Source: Alphaproteobacteria bacterium
GTDB taxonomy: Bacteria; Pseudomonadota; Alphaproteobacteria; RF32; CAG-239
Reading direction: 5' to 3'
NCBI GenBank assembly: GCA_045602545.1
Contig: JAZSBR010000024.1
Location: 20,749 to 84,748, forward strand
Length of the DNA stretch: 64,000 bases
Both the position numbers and the translations under genes were made by a program. The notes below the pieces were generated by a model that did not search any database, was not told the DNA's origin, and worked only from the letters and a program-made list of their open reading frames with translations. Positions 9,834 to 20,652 of this stretch are shown here, piece by piece; position 1 is the stretch's first letter, and each line of letters opens with the position of its first letter.

Positions 9834-10589
9834 TCAAACTTTGTGCGGAAGGCGGGCATAAATGAAGTCGCTTAAAAAATTAGGCAAAATAGAAAGCCCC
9901 CAAACAGCCAGTCGCATCGGCCAAGGGAAGGCAATCAACCCCACATTTTTTTCCACTCTTTGCGCTATAATTTCGGCGGCCTTATCCGCTTGCATGAAAA
10001 ACGGCATCGGGCAGGTGTTTTTGTCGGTTATGCGTGATTTTACAAAGCCGGGGCAGACCACACAAACGTTGATGCCATAATCTTTTAGGCTTCCGCGCAA
10101 AGCCTCTCCGTATGCTTTTATGCAGGCTTTGCTTGCGCTGTATGAAGGGCAGGCCGGAAGCCCGTGATATCCGGCGATTGATGCGGTTATTACAATTTTT
10201 CCTTTTCTGCGCTTTTTGAATATTTCCACAGCCGGAGTAACCGTGTTTATTGTTCCCATCACATTGATTTCAAAGGTGTTATAAATATTTTCGGGCGTTT
10301 CTTCGCCGGTGGAAACGCCGGCATTGGCATAAACAATATCCAAAGGAGCGATTTTTTCACAATTTTCAAGCCATTTTTGCACATTTTCACGTTCGCTGAC
10401 ATTTAAGATTTCAGCATAAACCGTCGCTCCGTGTTTTTCGCAAAGCTCTTTTACTTTTTGCAATCTTTCGGTATTTCGTCCGCACAAAAACAAATTTTCG
10501 GCACCGTTTTTTGCATAATAAAGCGCCAATGCTTCGCCGATGCCTGAAGAAGCGCCGGTAATTAAAATATTTTTATCTTTTGTAGTCAT
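9834..10589 (-). CDS. Short-chain dehydrogenase/reductase (SDR) family oxidoreductase
   Basis: It has the cofactor motif TGASSGIGEALA and the catalytic motif YSASKA. I chose the start at 10589 (MTTKDKNILITG, AAGGA upstream). Confidence 0.85.
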   Translation of the reverse strand: MTTKDKNILITGASSGIGEALALYYAKNGAENLFLCGRNTERLQKVKELCEKHGATVYAEILNVSERENVQKWLENCEKIAPLDIVYANAGVSTGEETPENIYNTFEINVMGTINTVTPAVEIFKKRRKGKIVITASIAGYHGLPACPSYSASKACIKAYGEALRGSLKDYGINVCVVCPGFVKSRITDKNTCPMPFFMQADKAAEIIAQRVEKNVGLIAFPWPMRLAVWGLSILPNFLSDFIYARLPHKV

Positions 10590-10682
10590 TTGTGAAAATC
10601 CTTGCGTAAAAAACAATTAAAGTCTTGTAATCTCATTAAACTCGTTTATAATGCAAGCAAAATAATTTTGCAAGAGGAAGAT

Positions 10683-11360
10683 ATGAGCGATAATGAGGGT
10701 ATTATAAATCATCTTCGGAATGTTCGTCGCGGTGCGATGTTTATTATTGAAGCGCCGTCAGGGACGGGTAAATCCACAGTCATAAAAGAATTAATGAAAA
10801 CAGATGCAAACTTGAAGTTTTCCGTTTCGGTGACCACACGCGCTCCGCGTGAGGGTGAAAAAAACGGCGTTGATTATTTTTATATTAGTGATGAACAATA
10901 TGATGAATATCTGCGCCAAGATGCTTTTTATGAATTTGTTGATTCGCAGTATGGTTCACGTTACGGAACGCTTAAATCCGAGGTTGACAGCTTTATCAAT
11001 GTCGGGCAGGATGTTATCTTTGATATGGATTGGGTCGGTCTGCGCCAGATGAAGCAAAAAGCGCCTGATGATGTTGTTTCAATATATATCTTACCGCCGT
11101 CAGTTAAGGAAGTTCGCCGTCGTTTGGAGACCAGAAATACCGACAGTATGGAAACAATCAATAAACGTATGCACCTTTTGCGTGATAAAATGTCGCACTG
11201 GAATGAATATGATTATGTTGTGATAAATGTTGATGTTGCGCAGACGGTTGAAACCATAAAAGAAATTATTTCGGCTGAGCGAATTAAGCGCGTTCGTCAA
11301 ACAGGCTTACCTGATTTTGTTAAAAAACTTGATGAGGAGGCCGCTCAAAATGAAGCATAA
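10683..11360 (+). CDS. gmk: Guanylate kinase
   Basis: It has the P-loop APSGTGKSTV plus TTRAPREGEKNGVDYFY. The start at 10683 is preceded by AGAGGAAG. Confidence 0.9.
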   Translation: MSDNEGIINHLRNVRRGAMFIIEAPSGTGKSTVIKELMKTDANLKFSVSVTTRAPREGEKNGVDYFYISDEQYDEYLRQDAFYEFVDSQYGSRYGTLKSEVDSFINVGQDVIFDMDWVGLRQMKQKAPDDVVSIYILPPSVKEVRRRLETRNTDSMETINKRMHLLRDKMSHWNEYDYVVINVDVAQTVETIKEIISAERIKRVRQTGLPDFVKKLDEEAAQNEA

Positions 11361-11754
11361 CCAGTTGTATTTTGATAAAAAAGGTTTTGCTTTTGAGCCA
11401 TCATCATCAAAAGTAAAAATCAATAATCGCGAGCAAACTTATGTGATTATCAGAAAAGGCGATGAATTGCTCTGTATTTATGATGAAGACGCCGGTGTTT
11501 ATACGCTCCCTAAGCTTGAGGATGTACAAAATCTGCAATTAAAACCAAGTTCAAGCTTTAAGACAATTTCCTACATAAAAGAAAAAAATCGTTATTTTAA
11601 AGAAACTCAGACTTTTAATATTTATGATTTGGAAAGCGGAAAAATTGAGGGCAGTATTCTGCAATGGTGTACAATCAATGATATTTTAATTCAAAAAATC
11701 GGTTTTGATGAAACTGTTTTTAAGGGCTTTAAGAATCTTTATGTCAGGGAATAA
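11350..11754 (+). CDS. Hypothetical protein (134 aa)
   Basis: The ORF overlaps the gmk stop, which suggests translational coupling. I recognise no motif in it. Confidence 0.5.
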   Translation: MKHNQLYFDKKGFAFEPSSSKVKINNREQTYVIIRKGDELLCIYDEDAGVYTLPKLEDVQNLQLKPSSSFKTISYIKEKNRYFKETQTFNIYDLESGKIEGSILQWCTINDILIQKIGFDETVFKGFKNLYVRE

Positions 11755-11756
11755 AA

Positions 11757-12701
11757 ATGCAAAAAATTTATGACTCAATTGAAGAGATTGTCGGGCATAC
11801 TCCTTTGTTGCGCCTGAATAAACTGAAAAAAAAGTTTGGCTTTAAGGCTGATATTCTTGCAAAGTGTGAATTTTATAATCCGATTTTTTCAATTAAAGAT
11901 CGCGTTGCCTTGAATATGATAAACAAAGCGCCTTTTTCAAAAATCAATAAGGACACGGTTTTTATTGAAGCAACATCAGGGAACACAGGTATCGGTTTGG
12001 CGGCATTTTGTGCGGCAAAAGGTTATAAACTGGTGATTGTTATGCCTGAAAATATGGCAAGAGAAAAAATTGCGCTTATCCGGCATTTTGGAGCTGAAGT
12101 GTTGTTGACTCCGGCTCAAGACGGCATGGCCGGAGCCATAAAAAAGGTTGAAATATTAAAATCGCGCTCCGATAATTTGATTGAATTTAAGCAGTTTGAA
12201 AATCCGGCAAATCCTGAGATACACAAGCTTACAACCGGTCTGGAAATTTTTGAAGATACGGGAGGCGAGGTTGACGCACTTGTTTGCGGAGTCGGAACTT
12301 CCGGAACATTGAGCGGAGTTGCCGAAACGCTTAAATCATGCAATCCGGACTTGTTTGTTATGGCGGTTGAGCCTAAAGAAAGTGCGGTTTTGAGCGGTGG
12401 CAAAAAAGGTGCGCACAAAATCGGCGGAATCGGCGCCGGATTTATTCCTCCGTTATATAAAAAAGAGTTGGTTGATGAGGTATTTTGCACTCCTTCACAA
12501 AAGGCTTTTGAAACGGCTGAATTGGTGGCCAGAACCGAAGGGTTGCCTATCGGAATTTCTGCCGGAGCCGCAGTTTTTGGAGCCATAAATTTAGCCGAGC
12601 GTCCGGAGATGGAAAACAAAAACATTGTCGTTATTTTGCCGGACAGTGTTGAGCGCTATTTATCTGATGATTATTTCAAAAAACAAGAGGTTGAACAATG
12701 A
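11757..12701 (+). CDS. cysK: Cysteine synthase A (O-acetylserine sulfhydrylase)
   Basis: It has the PLP-lysine motif FSIKDRVA, plus TSGNTGIGLA and GVGTSGTLSG. Confidence 0.9.
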   Translation: MQKIYDSIEEIVGHTPLLRLNKLKKKFGFKADILAKCEFYNPIFSIKDRVALNMINKAPFSKINKDTVFIEATSGNTGIGLAAFCAAKGYKLVIVMPENMAREKIALIRHFGAEVLLTPAQDGMAGAIKKVEILKSRSDNLIEFKQFENPANPEIHKLTTGLEIFEDTGGEVDALVCGVGTSGTLSGVAETLKSCNPDLFVMAVEPKESAVLSGGKKGAHKIGGIGAGFIPPLYKKELVDEVFCTPSQKAFETAELVARTEGLPIGISAGAAVFGAINLAERPEMENKNIVVILPDSVERYLSDDYFKKQEVEQ

Positions 12702-13804
12702 AGCCTTTCGCAATTTTAAGCCGATATATCACAAGGCAGCTCGTCGGTAATTTTTTTATGGTGTTTTTTGCCATTTTAAGCATTATTTTGCTTTTTGAGG
12801 GTATTGAAGCATTGCGTAAAATTGCCGGTCACGATGACATATCGCTATGGTTCGCTTTGCAACTGGCAATTACGCGCGCCAGCAAAACGGTTGAAGTTGT
12901 TATTCCGTTTGTGATGATGGTGGCTTCAATGATAACATTTTGGAACTTGAGCAAGAGCAATGAATTTGTAATTATTCGTTCCGCCGGCGTTTCAATGTTC
13001 GGGTTTTTATGGCCGTTGATTGTGGCAGTTTTTGTGATAGGTATTTTGAATGTGGCAATCTTAAATCCGGTGACTTCAAAGCTTTATGAACTGCACGAGG
13101 TTTTGGACTATCGCTTGGATGCGCATGATCCGAATGCCGTTTTGTTTTCCAGTAAGGGTTTATGGATAAGAGAAGGTCTTGATGACGGCAGAGTCTTTTT
13201 GCTTCAGGCAAAATCTTTGCGACAGGAAGATGATGCCATCTGGATGCGCGAAGTCAGCATTACCGAGCTTAATAATGAAGAGCGCACCACCAAAAATTAT
13301 GAGGCATATTTCGCGGTTTTGGAAGATGATGTGATTAACCTTAAAGATGTTAAGGTGATGGAGGGCGGTAAGCCGGTTGAGTTTTTAAATAGTTATGAAT
13401 ATAAGACAAACATCAATATTCAGCGCATAAAAGAAAATTTTGTTGAGCCGGGGGCGATTTCTTTTTGGCAGTTACCGGAAGCGATTTCTTTTTATGAGCA
13501 CGCCGGATTTTCAGCCTTGCGTTTGAGAATGCGCTTTTTCGGGCTTTTAATTTCGCCGTTTTTGTTAGTGGGTATGATGATGGTGGCGGCCATTTTTATG
13601 TTGCAGAACACCATGCGCGGTTCGCACCTTTTGTTTAAGGTGATACTCGGAGTTTCAATCGGATTTTTGGTATATTTTTCCTCGCAGGTTGTATATGCCT
13701 TCGGGGTGAACGGCTATATTCCGGTGTGGCTGGCGGTTTCAGCTCCGACGCTGATAATTTTATTGACCAGCACTTCCATGCTTGTCAGCGCCGATGAAGT
13801 GTAA
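12698..13804 (+). CDS. lptG: LPS export ABC transporter permease LptG
   Basis: It belongs to the YjgP/YjgQ family. The N-terminus ILSRYITRQL, 6 TM segments and a central periplasmic domain fit LptG. Confidence 0.8.
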   Translation: MKPFAILSRYITRQLVGNFFMVFFAILSIILLFEGIEALRKIAGHDDISLWFALQLAITRASKTVEVVIPFVMMVASMITFWNLSKSNEFVIIRSAGVSMFGFLWPLIVAVFVIGILNVAILNPVTSKLYELHEVLDYRLDAHDPNAVLFSSKGLWIREGLDDGRVFLLQAKSLRQEDDAIWMREVSITELNNEERTTKNYEAYFAVLEDDVINLKDVKVMEGGKPVEFLNSYEYKTNINIQRIKENFVEPGAISFWQLPEAISFYEHAGFSALRLRMRFFGLLISPFLLVGMMMVAAIFMLQNTMRGSHLLFKVILGVSIGFLVYFSSQVVYAFGVNGYIPVWLAVSAPTLIILLTSTSMLVSADEV

Positions 13805-13828
13805 TTTATAGGGGTTAAAAAAAAGAAA

Positions 13829-13866
13829 AACCTCACTGCCTTTATGGGACGGTGAGGTTCTTTTTT
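13829..13866. terminator. Bidirectional intrinsic terminator between lptG and the convergent membrane-protein gene
   Basis: AACCTCAC...GTGAGGTT is flanked by an A-run upstream and TTTTTT downstream. Confidence 0.6.
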
Positions 13867-13871
13867 GTTCA

Positions 13872-14306
13872 TCAAGCGGGTAAATTTTTTGACCGCTCGA
13901 TGTTTTCTTTTATGTGTTGTTCAAAAATAATCTGTAGTACTCCCCTAAATATAAGGAGTGCAAACAGCCAGTACCAACCATCTCCACTCTGGAATTCTGG
14001 GTTGTATCTATAGGTGTTTCCAACTGCCTCCTCAACATAATAGGTGTAGCCATCTATCATATCGAATGCAGCTGCAAGCATCAAGGTACAAACGTACCAG
14101 CTTGCGTGGCAGAGCAACATTTTTCTTGAACATTTGAGTCTTTTTTCATATGTCTTCACCGGCTCCAAAAGGCCACCGGCATCAAATTTTACCACTTCAA
14201 TAACAAACAAAGCGATAATACCGATGTAAATAATAAAAAGACCATTCACACTTGCAACAATGAAAGCTATCGCAAGCACTGCTGCCCATAAACAAATATT
14301 TTTCAT
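13872..14306 (-). CDS. Hypothetical integral membrane protein (144 aa, about 4 TM)
   Basis: The call rests on hydrophobic segments only. I recognise no family. Confidence 0.55.
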   Translation of the reverse strand: MKNICLWAAVLAIAFIVASVNGLFIIYIGIIALFVIEVVKFDAGGLLEPVKTYEKRLKCSRKMLLCHASWYVCTLMLAAAFDMIDGYTYYVEEAVGNTYRYNPEFQSGDGWYWLFALLIFRGVLQIIFEQHIKENIERSKNLPA

Positions 14307-14421
14307 AATTCTTAATTTAATTTGTACATTTTAGGCTTTTATAATTGCATAAAATGTTGATTTTGTCAAGCGTTTTTTTTTGTTTTTTGCTTTTGAAAGG
14401 TTGCAAAGGTGTAATTTTTGC

Positions 14422-14449
14422 TTGACAATCAAGAAAAATCACCTAATTT
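14422..14449 (+). promoter_or_regulatory. Candidate sigma-70 promoter for eno (TTGACA-N16-TAATTT)
   Basis: There is a perfect -35 hexamer and an AT-rich -10 about 40 nt upstream of the eno ATG. Confidence 0.35.
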
Positions 14450-14478
14450 ATAGCCAACACTTTTTAATAATATTTTAG

Positions 14479-15762
<1,284 letters not shown>

Positions 15763-15874
15763 TTTGTATAACGGGTGCTTACTTGTGATTTTTGCGCTCG
15801 TGTACTACTTTGTACACCACGCTTAAAAATCACTGCGTAATCACCTCGTTCTGGCAAATTATTTGTTACAAAAA

Positions 15875-15904
15875 AGAGTCTTCGGTTTGTTGAAGGCTCT
15901 TTTT
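15875..15904 (+). terminator. Intrinsic terminator downstream of eno
   Basis: AGAGTCTTC-GGTTTGTT-GAAGGCTCT is followed by TTTT. An A-run upstream makes it potentially bidirectional. Confidence 0.6.
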
Positions 15905-16001
15905 GTGTACTACTTTGTACACGGCGTCGAAATCTTCGCGGCGCAACTGACTCATTCTACCCATTTACATGAAGAAGGAGCTCGTTTTGAGCTCCTTTTT
16001 T
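15905..16001 (+). ncRNA. Candidate sRNA, copy A (5' palindromic hairpin ... intrinsic terminator)
   Basis: It starts at the GTGTACTACTTTGTACAC hairpin and ends with AAGGAGCTC-GTTTT-GAGCTCCTT plus T6. No conserved ORF is present. Confidence 0.3.
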
Positions 16002-16048
16002 GATTCGCTGTTTTGCTCTGTGCCGGTTGTTTTTTATTTTTTTCGTTT

Positions 16049-16143
16049 GTGTACTAATTTGTACACGGCACTCAAAAATCACTTCGCATTTGACTCATCC
16101 TACCCATTTACATGAAGAAGGAGCTCGTTTTGAGCTCCTTTTT
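16049..16143 (+). ncRNA. Candidate sRNA, copy B (paralog of copy A)
   Basis: It has the same architecture as copy A. The 3' 60 nt are nearly identical to copy A, including the terminator. A possible extended -10 (TGTACTAAT) overlaps the palindrome. Confidence 0.3.
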
Positions 16144-16342
16144 GATTCGCTGTTTTGAGCTGTGCCGGTTGTTTTTGTGATTTTTGCGCTCGTGTACTAC
16201 TTTGTACACCACGCTTAAAATTTTCATCGGTTTTGCTTTTGATTAAATTATGAATAAATCAACAATAAAAGAAGAACAACACATTGAAAAAGTGTTGAAG
16301 AGGGAAAAACTAAAGGCTTTGAATAAAAAAGGCAATAAAAAA

Positions 16343-16419
16343 TGGCGCGCCCCGGGCGATTCGAACGCCCGACCCACAGCTTAGAAGGCTGTTGCTCTAT
16401 CCTGCTGAGCTAGGGGCGC
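16343..16419 (-). tRNA. tRNA-Arg (anticodon UCU)
   Basis: The reverse complement folds as a cloverleaf. It has acceptor GCGCCCC/GGGGCGC, D arm GCTC..GAGC, anticodon stem ACAGC/GCTGT with loop CTTCTAA, T arm GGGCG-TTCGAAT-CGCCC, and an encoded CCA. Confidence 0.93.
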
Positions 16420-16639
16420 AACCTGATAAGATTACGAGCGGTAAAATGGCACATATTTTTCTTGTTGTCAAGAAGGAAAATAAAAAAATATTCCTTAAAA
16501 TATCAAAAAAATAAAATTTATCCGTATTTGGTGCAAATGAAAAAAAAATAAGCGCTTGCATAACTTCATAATTATGCTTGCAGATTGCAAAAAAAAATAA
16601 TACTCTGCGCGTAATTGTTGTTTATGTGAAGTAATCGTA

Positions 16640-17752
16640 ATGAACTATATTAAATACATCATTGCTTTGGTCTTGCTTTGCGGGCTTTTGTCTTCATGCT
16701 CGTCCGGAACTCCGGAATTGGCGGGACTTTCCCCGAAAGCGCAAGCTGAAATAATCAAAAAATACGGCGGTGTCTATAAAGTCGGAAACCCTTATAAAAT
16801 CGCCGGCAGGTGGTATTATCCGAAAGAAGATTATAATTATTCCGAAGTCGGAATGGCTTCATGGTACGGTGAAGATTTTCACGGAAAATCAACGGCAAAC
16901 GGCGAACGTTATGAAATGAATACATTGACTGCCGCGCACAGAACTTTGCCGTTGCCCTGCATTGTTAAGGTTACAAATTTGCAAAACGGACGTTCAATTG
17001 TTGTACGCGTTAATGATCGCGGTCCGTTTGTTAAAGACCGCATCATTGATTTATCAAAGCGCGGTGCAACCTTGCTCGGCTATATGGGGCAGGGAACGAC
17101 CAAAGTAAGAGTTGAAATTATGGCAAAAGAGAGTAAAGCCCTGAAAATGGCTATGCTCGGGCAATATGATCCGGCCGCTGAAGAGCGCGCTGAGGAAGCA
17201 AAACCGGCACATTCACTTTATGAATCATCTGCCGAACGTATTGAAGTATCCGAAAAAGAAGCTGAAAAGGCTATGGTTTATGCCAGCTCCGGCGGTAAGA
17301 GTGTTGCGGTAGGCGAATATAATGCCGAGAAAGACGGTTCACTTTATCAGGCGGCATTCGGAAGTGCGTCAACCGCAGACGGCAAAGTTGTTAAAAAATC
17401 TTTGCAGGAAGTTGGTTCGGAAACAAAATATACGCCTAAAGATACCGGTATTTATGGTGAGGCAGCCAAAAATCCGGCTAAAGATACACGTGCCGTTAAG
17501 ACAAATAAATATCAGTATGCCAGCGGATATTACTATATCCAAGCCGGCTCGTTCACCCAATATGACTTAGCTCATAAACTGTCCGTGCGCCTGAAAGAAT
17601 ATGGCAGCAGTCATATTGTTGAAGCTGATGTGAACGGAGTTAAATATTATCGCGTGGCAATGGGACCATACAGCCGTGAGGAAGAGGCTAAGGTTGCATT
17701 GGCTAAAATTAAATATTATGGCATTCAAGGTGCAAAAATTGAGAAAAAATAA
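16640..17752 (+). CDS. rlpA: Septal ring lytic transglycosylase RlpA (DPBB domain + C-terminal SPOR domain), lipoprotein
   Basis: It has the lipobox LLSSC, the DPBB motifs ASWYGEDFHGKSTANGERY and VRVNDRGPF, and the SPOR-like YYIQAGSF...YRVAMGPY. Confidence 0.85.
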   Translation: MNYIKYIIALVLLCGLLSSCSSGTPELAGLSPKAQAEIIKKYGGVYKVGNPYKIAGRWYYPKEDYNYSEVGMASWYGEDFHGKSTANGERYEMNTLTAAHRTLPLPCIVKVTNLQNGRSIVVRVNDRGPFVKDRIIDLSKRGATLLGYMGQGTTKVRVEIMAKESKALKMAMLGQYDPAAEERAEEAKPAHSLYESSAERIEVSEKEAEKAMVYASSGGKSVAVGEYNAEKDGSLYQAAFGSASTADGKVVKKSLQEVGSETKYTPKDTGIYGEAAKNPAKDTRAVKTNKYQYASGYYYIQAGSFTQYDLAHKLSVRLKEYGSSHIVEADVNGVKYYRVAMGPYSREEEAKVALAKIKYYGIQGAKIEKK

Positions 17753-17783
17753 ATAAAGTAAAAGTTTAATTAAGAGGTTTAAT

Positions 17784-18935
17784 ATGTTGAATAAAAAAAA
17801 TATTTTCGGTTTGTTTGTTTTGTTGATGGCAAGCACTGGATATGCTAATGCGTATGATTTTGAGACGGCTGCCCGCAATGCGATTTTGATGGATTTTGAT
17901 ACCGGAGAGTATTTGTATGAAAAAAATATTCAAGAGGCTGTTCCGCCGGCATCAATGAGCAAGTTGATGACTGTTTATATTTTGGCGAGCAAAATTAAAG
18001 ACGGCAGTGTCAAACTTTCGGATACATTTTCCGTTAGTGAAAATGCATGGCGCAAAGGCGGGGCGGCAACCGGTGGTTCAACAATGTTTCTTTCTATCGG
18101 TGACAATGTTACGGTTGAAGATTTAATCAAAGGAATTGTTATTCAATCAGGAAACGACGCGTGTATTGTTGTGGCTGAAAATATTGCCGGTTCGGAAGAA
18201 GATTTTGCAATTTTGATGAATAAAACCGCGCAAAAACTCGGGCTTAAAAACAGTTCGTTTGCCAATTCTACCGGATTACCGCATCCTGACCAAAAAATGT
18301 CGATGGAGGATTTGGCTATTCTTTCGCGCCATATAATTCAGGAATTTCCGGACTTATATCACTATTTCAGCGAAAAAGAGTTTACATATAACAAAATCAA
18401 ACAAGGCAACCGCAATCCGCTTTTGTATTCAATGGAAGGAGCTGACGGCTTGAAGACCGGACATACCGAAGAAGCAGGCTTTTGTTTGGCGGCATCGGCA
18501 ACCAAAAAAGGACGCCGTTTGATTGAAGTTATGAGCGGTATGAGTTCAAACAAAGAGCGTTCGGAAGAAAGTGAACGTTTGATGAGTTGGGGTTTCAGAG
18601 AGTTTGATAATTATACAATTTTGAAAGCCGGTCAAAATCTCGGAGAAGCCAAAGTTTGGTACGGACAGCAAAAAAGCGTTCCTTTAACGGTTGCTAAAGA
18701 TGTGGTAAAAACCGTTCATATGAGCAAAACCGGCGATGTTAAGGTTTCGGCAGAATATGATGAGCCGGTTAAGGCTCCGATTGCCAAAGGGCAGGAAATC
18801 GGACAGATTAAGGTCGAAATTGAAGGAATTGCGCCTTTAACAATTCCTCTTGTTGCGGCTGAAGAAGTTAAAGAAGTCGGTTTCTGGGGCAAATTCTGGG
18901 CAAATGTGAAGTATTTTGTGTTCAGCAGCAAATAG
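17784..18935 (+). CDS. D-alanyl-D-alanine carboxypeptidase (PBP5/6 class)
   Basis: It has a signal peptide and the motifs SxxK (ASMSKLMT), SxN (QSGNDA) and KTG (LKTGHT). A PBP5 C-terminal domain is also present. Confidence 0.88.
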   Translation: MLNKKNIFGLFVLLMASTGYANAYDFETAARNAILMDFDTGEYLYEKNIQEAVPPASMSKLMTVYILASKIKDGSVKLSDTFSVSENAWRKGGAATGGSTMFLSIGDNVTVEDLIKGIVIQSGNDACIVVAENIAGSEEDFAILMNKTAQKLGLKNSSFANSTGLPHPDQKMSMEDLAILSRHIIQEFPDLYHYFSEKEFTYNKIKQGNRNPLLYSMEGADGLKTGHTEEAGFCLAASATKKGRRLIEVMSGMSSNKERSEESERLMSWGFREFDNYTILKAGQNLGEAKVWYGQQKSVPLTVAKDVVKTVHMSKTGDVKVSAEYDEPVKAPIAKGQEIGQIKVEIEGIAPLTIPLVAAEEVKEVGFWGKFWANVKYFVFSSK

Positions 18936-18945
18936 GAGCGATAAA

Positions 18946-19587
18946 ATGGCCGGAAAATTCATTACGCTTGAGGGCGGCGAAGGGTGCGGAAAATCAACGC
19001 AATCCAAGCTTTTGGCAACGGCCTTGAATAAGCTCGGAATTGATGCTGTAACAACCAAAGAGCCGGGAGGTACTCCCGATGGCGCTGTTTTAAGAAATCT
19101 GCTTGTTACCGGCGATAAAGACCGCTTTGATGCCATGACGGAATGTATGCTTTATTTTGCCGACCGTCGTATTCATTTGACGCAGGTTATCTGGCCGGCA
19201 ATAAAGAAAAATCAATGGGTTATCAGTGATCGTTATGCCGATTCAACGGAAGCGTATCAATATTACGGCTATGATAAAAGAATTTCGCGCGAAGTGTTAA
19301 GTGAGCTTTATAAAATGGCAGCCGGAGATTTTAATCCGGACTTAACGATTATCTTAGATATGGATCCTAAGCGCGGTATGGAGCGCTCGTTTGCCAAGGC
19401 CGAAAATATGGCTGTTAAAGAGTTGCGTTTTGAAAGTAAGTCTTTGGAATTTCATAATAATCTCAGAAAAGGATTTCAAGAAATTGCTATGCGTGAGCCG
19501 GAGCGTTGCGTTGTTATTGATGCTGACAGAAGTATTGAAGAAGTTCATAATGATATTATGAAAGTTGTAAAGGAGCGCTGTTTTTAG
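18946..19587 (+). CDS. tmk: Thymidylate kinase
   Basis: It begins FITLEGGEGCGKST and contains the DRY motif (SDRYADS). The start at 18946 has GGAG upstream. Confidence 0.9.
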   Translation: MAGKFITLEGGEGCGKSTQSKLLATALNKLGIDAVTTKEPGGTPDGAVLRNLLVTGDKDRFDAMTECMLYFADRRIHLTQVIWPAIKKNQWVISDRYADSTEAYQYYGYDKRISREVLSELYKMAAGDFNPDLTIILDMDPKRGMERSFAKAENMAVKELRFESKSLEFHNNLRKGFQEIAMREPERCVVIDADRSIEEVHNDIMKVVKERCF

Positions 19588-19599
19588 CAGTGGTGAAAA

Positions 19600-20652
19600 A
19601 TGGCTGAAGGCTCAATTATAAATCCCAGAAATAACTCTTATTTGCTCGGGCAAAATGAAGCCGAAGGCATATTTTTGAGGGCGTGGAAGTCATCTCAAAT
19701 GCATCACTCTTGGATATTATCCGGACCGAAAGGCGTTGGAAAGGCAACGCTGGCATATCGGATTGCGCGCTTTTTATTGTGGGCTGATGAAAATAAACGC
19801 GCGGAATATTTATCGCTCAATGTGCCGGAAAATTCTCCGATTTTTAAGCAGGTTGCCGATGGATCGTTTCCTGATTTGAAGGTTTTGGAACGCGGGTATA
19901 CGGAAACCGATAAACGCAAAGTTGTTAAGGCTATTCAAAACGGAGAACCGCTTAACGATGATGATATGGCAAAATTGAAAAAATCCGCATTCATCAGGAT
20001 TGATGATGTCAGGGAAGTTGTTGATTTTTTGAGTAAAACTTCGTTTAATGACGGTTGGCGGATTGTGATTATAGACAGCGCCGATGAGATGAATCGCGCG
20101 GCGGAAAATGCCTTGCTTAAAATATTGGAAGAACCGCCGGCAAAGACGATTATTTTGCTTATTTGTAATAATTTAGGCAAAATGTTGCCGACAATTCTTT
20201 CGCGTTGCGTGCGCTTGAATTTGCGCTCGCTTGAAGCAAATGAAGTGGCGAGTTTGTTGCGTCGTTATCGTCCGGAAATAAATGAAAAAATGATTGCGAA
20301 AATTTGCGAAATAAGCGCCGGAAGTATCGGATCGGCAATTAAATATGCCGATAATGATGCCGTAAAGATTTATGATGATTTGCAAAAATGTGCCTTGTCA
20401 AAGGATAAAGGTAATTTTTCCGAAACATTGGAATTTTGCCATGATTTGGCTGCAGATGATGAAAAATTTGCGCTTTCTGAAGAGTTGTTTAACAAGTTTT
20501 TCCGCGATTTAATGGAGCAAAGCAATAATCCGGAAGCTGTTTATAAATGTTGGCAAAACGCCGGCAGAATGTTTGCCGATTGTGTTAATGTCAATATGGA
20601 TAAAAATTTGATGTTGCTTAATTTATTTAATGAAATTGCTAAGGTTTTGTGA
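19600..20652 (+). CDS. holB: DNA polymerase III subunit delta-prime
   Basis: It has GPKGVGKATLAYRIARFLL, NALLKILEEPP and ILSRC. Confidence 0.8.
   Translation: MAEGSIINPRNNSYLLGQNEAEGIFLRAWKSSQMHHSWILSGPKGVGKATLAYRIARFLLWADENKRAEYLSLNVPENSPIFKQVADGSFPDLKVLERGYTETDKRKVVKAIQNGEPLNDDDMAKLKKSAFIRIDDVREVVDFLSKTSFNDGWRIVIIDSADEMNRAAENALLKILEEPPAKTIILLICNNLGKMLPTILSRCVRLNLRSLEANEVASLLRRYRPEINEKMIAKICEISAGSIGSAIKYADNDAVKIYDDLQKCALSKDKGNFSETLEFCHDLAADDEKFALSEELFNKFFRDLMEQSNNPEAVYKCWQNAGRMFADCVNVNMDKNLMLLNLFNEIAKVL

Larger units (their letters stand above)
15785..16229. repeat. Tandem array of diverged ~105-144-bp modules, each with a GTGTAC-N6-GTACAC palindrome
   Basis: The palindrome occurs at 15800, 15905, 16049 and 16192. 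A 44-bp direct repeat GTGATTTTTGCGCTCGTGTACTACTTTGTACACCACGCTTAAAA occurs at 15785 and 16178. An ~85-bp near-identical repeat containing a terminator occurs at 15949-16035 and 16093-16178. Confidence 0.85.

Noticed and set aside
16112-16180. A small ORF inside the repeat unit (MKKELVLSSFLIRCFELCRLFL).
   Set aside because: The paralogous copy at 15968 has a 1-nt indel that changes the frame after 10 codons. The 'SD + ATG' is part of the terminator stem. I therefore treat the conservation as non-coding.
15785-16229. A CRISPR array or integron-like attC array downstream of eno.
   Set aside because: The units are ~144 bp with homologous, not unique, inter-palindrome sequence. No short regular repeat-spacer periodicity is present, and there are no cas or intI genes in the window.
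16230-16640. tRNA-Arg flanked by repeats, as a possible genomic-island or prophage integration site.
   Set aside because: There is no integrase, no direct repeat of the tRNA 3' end, and no foreign-looking genes on either side. eno and rlpA are core genes.
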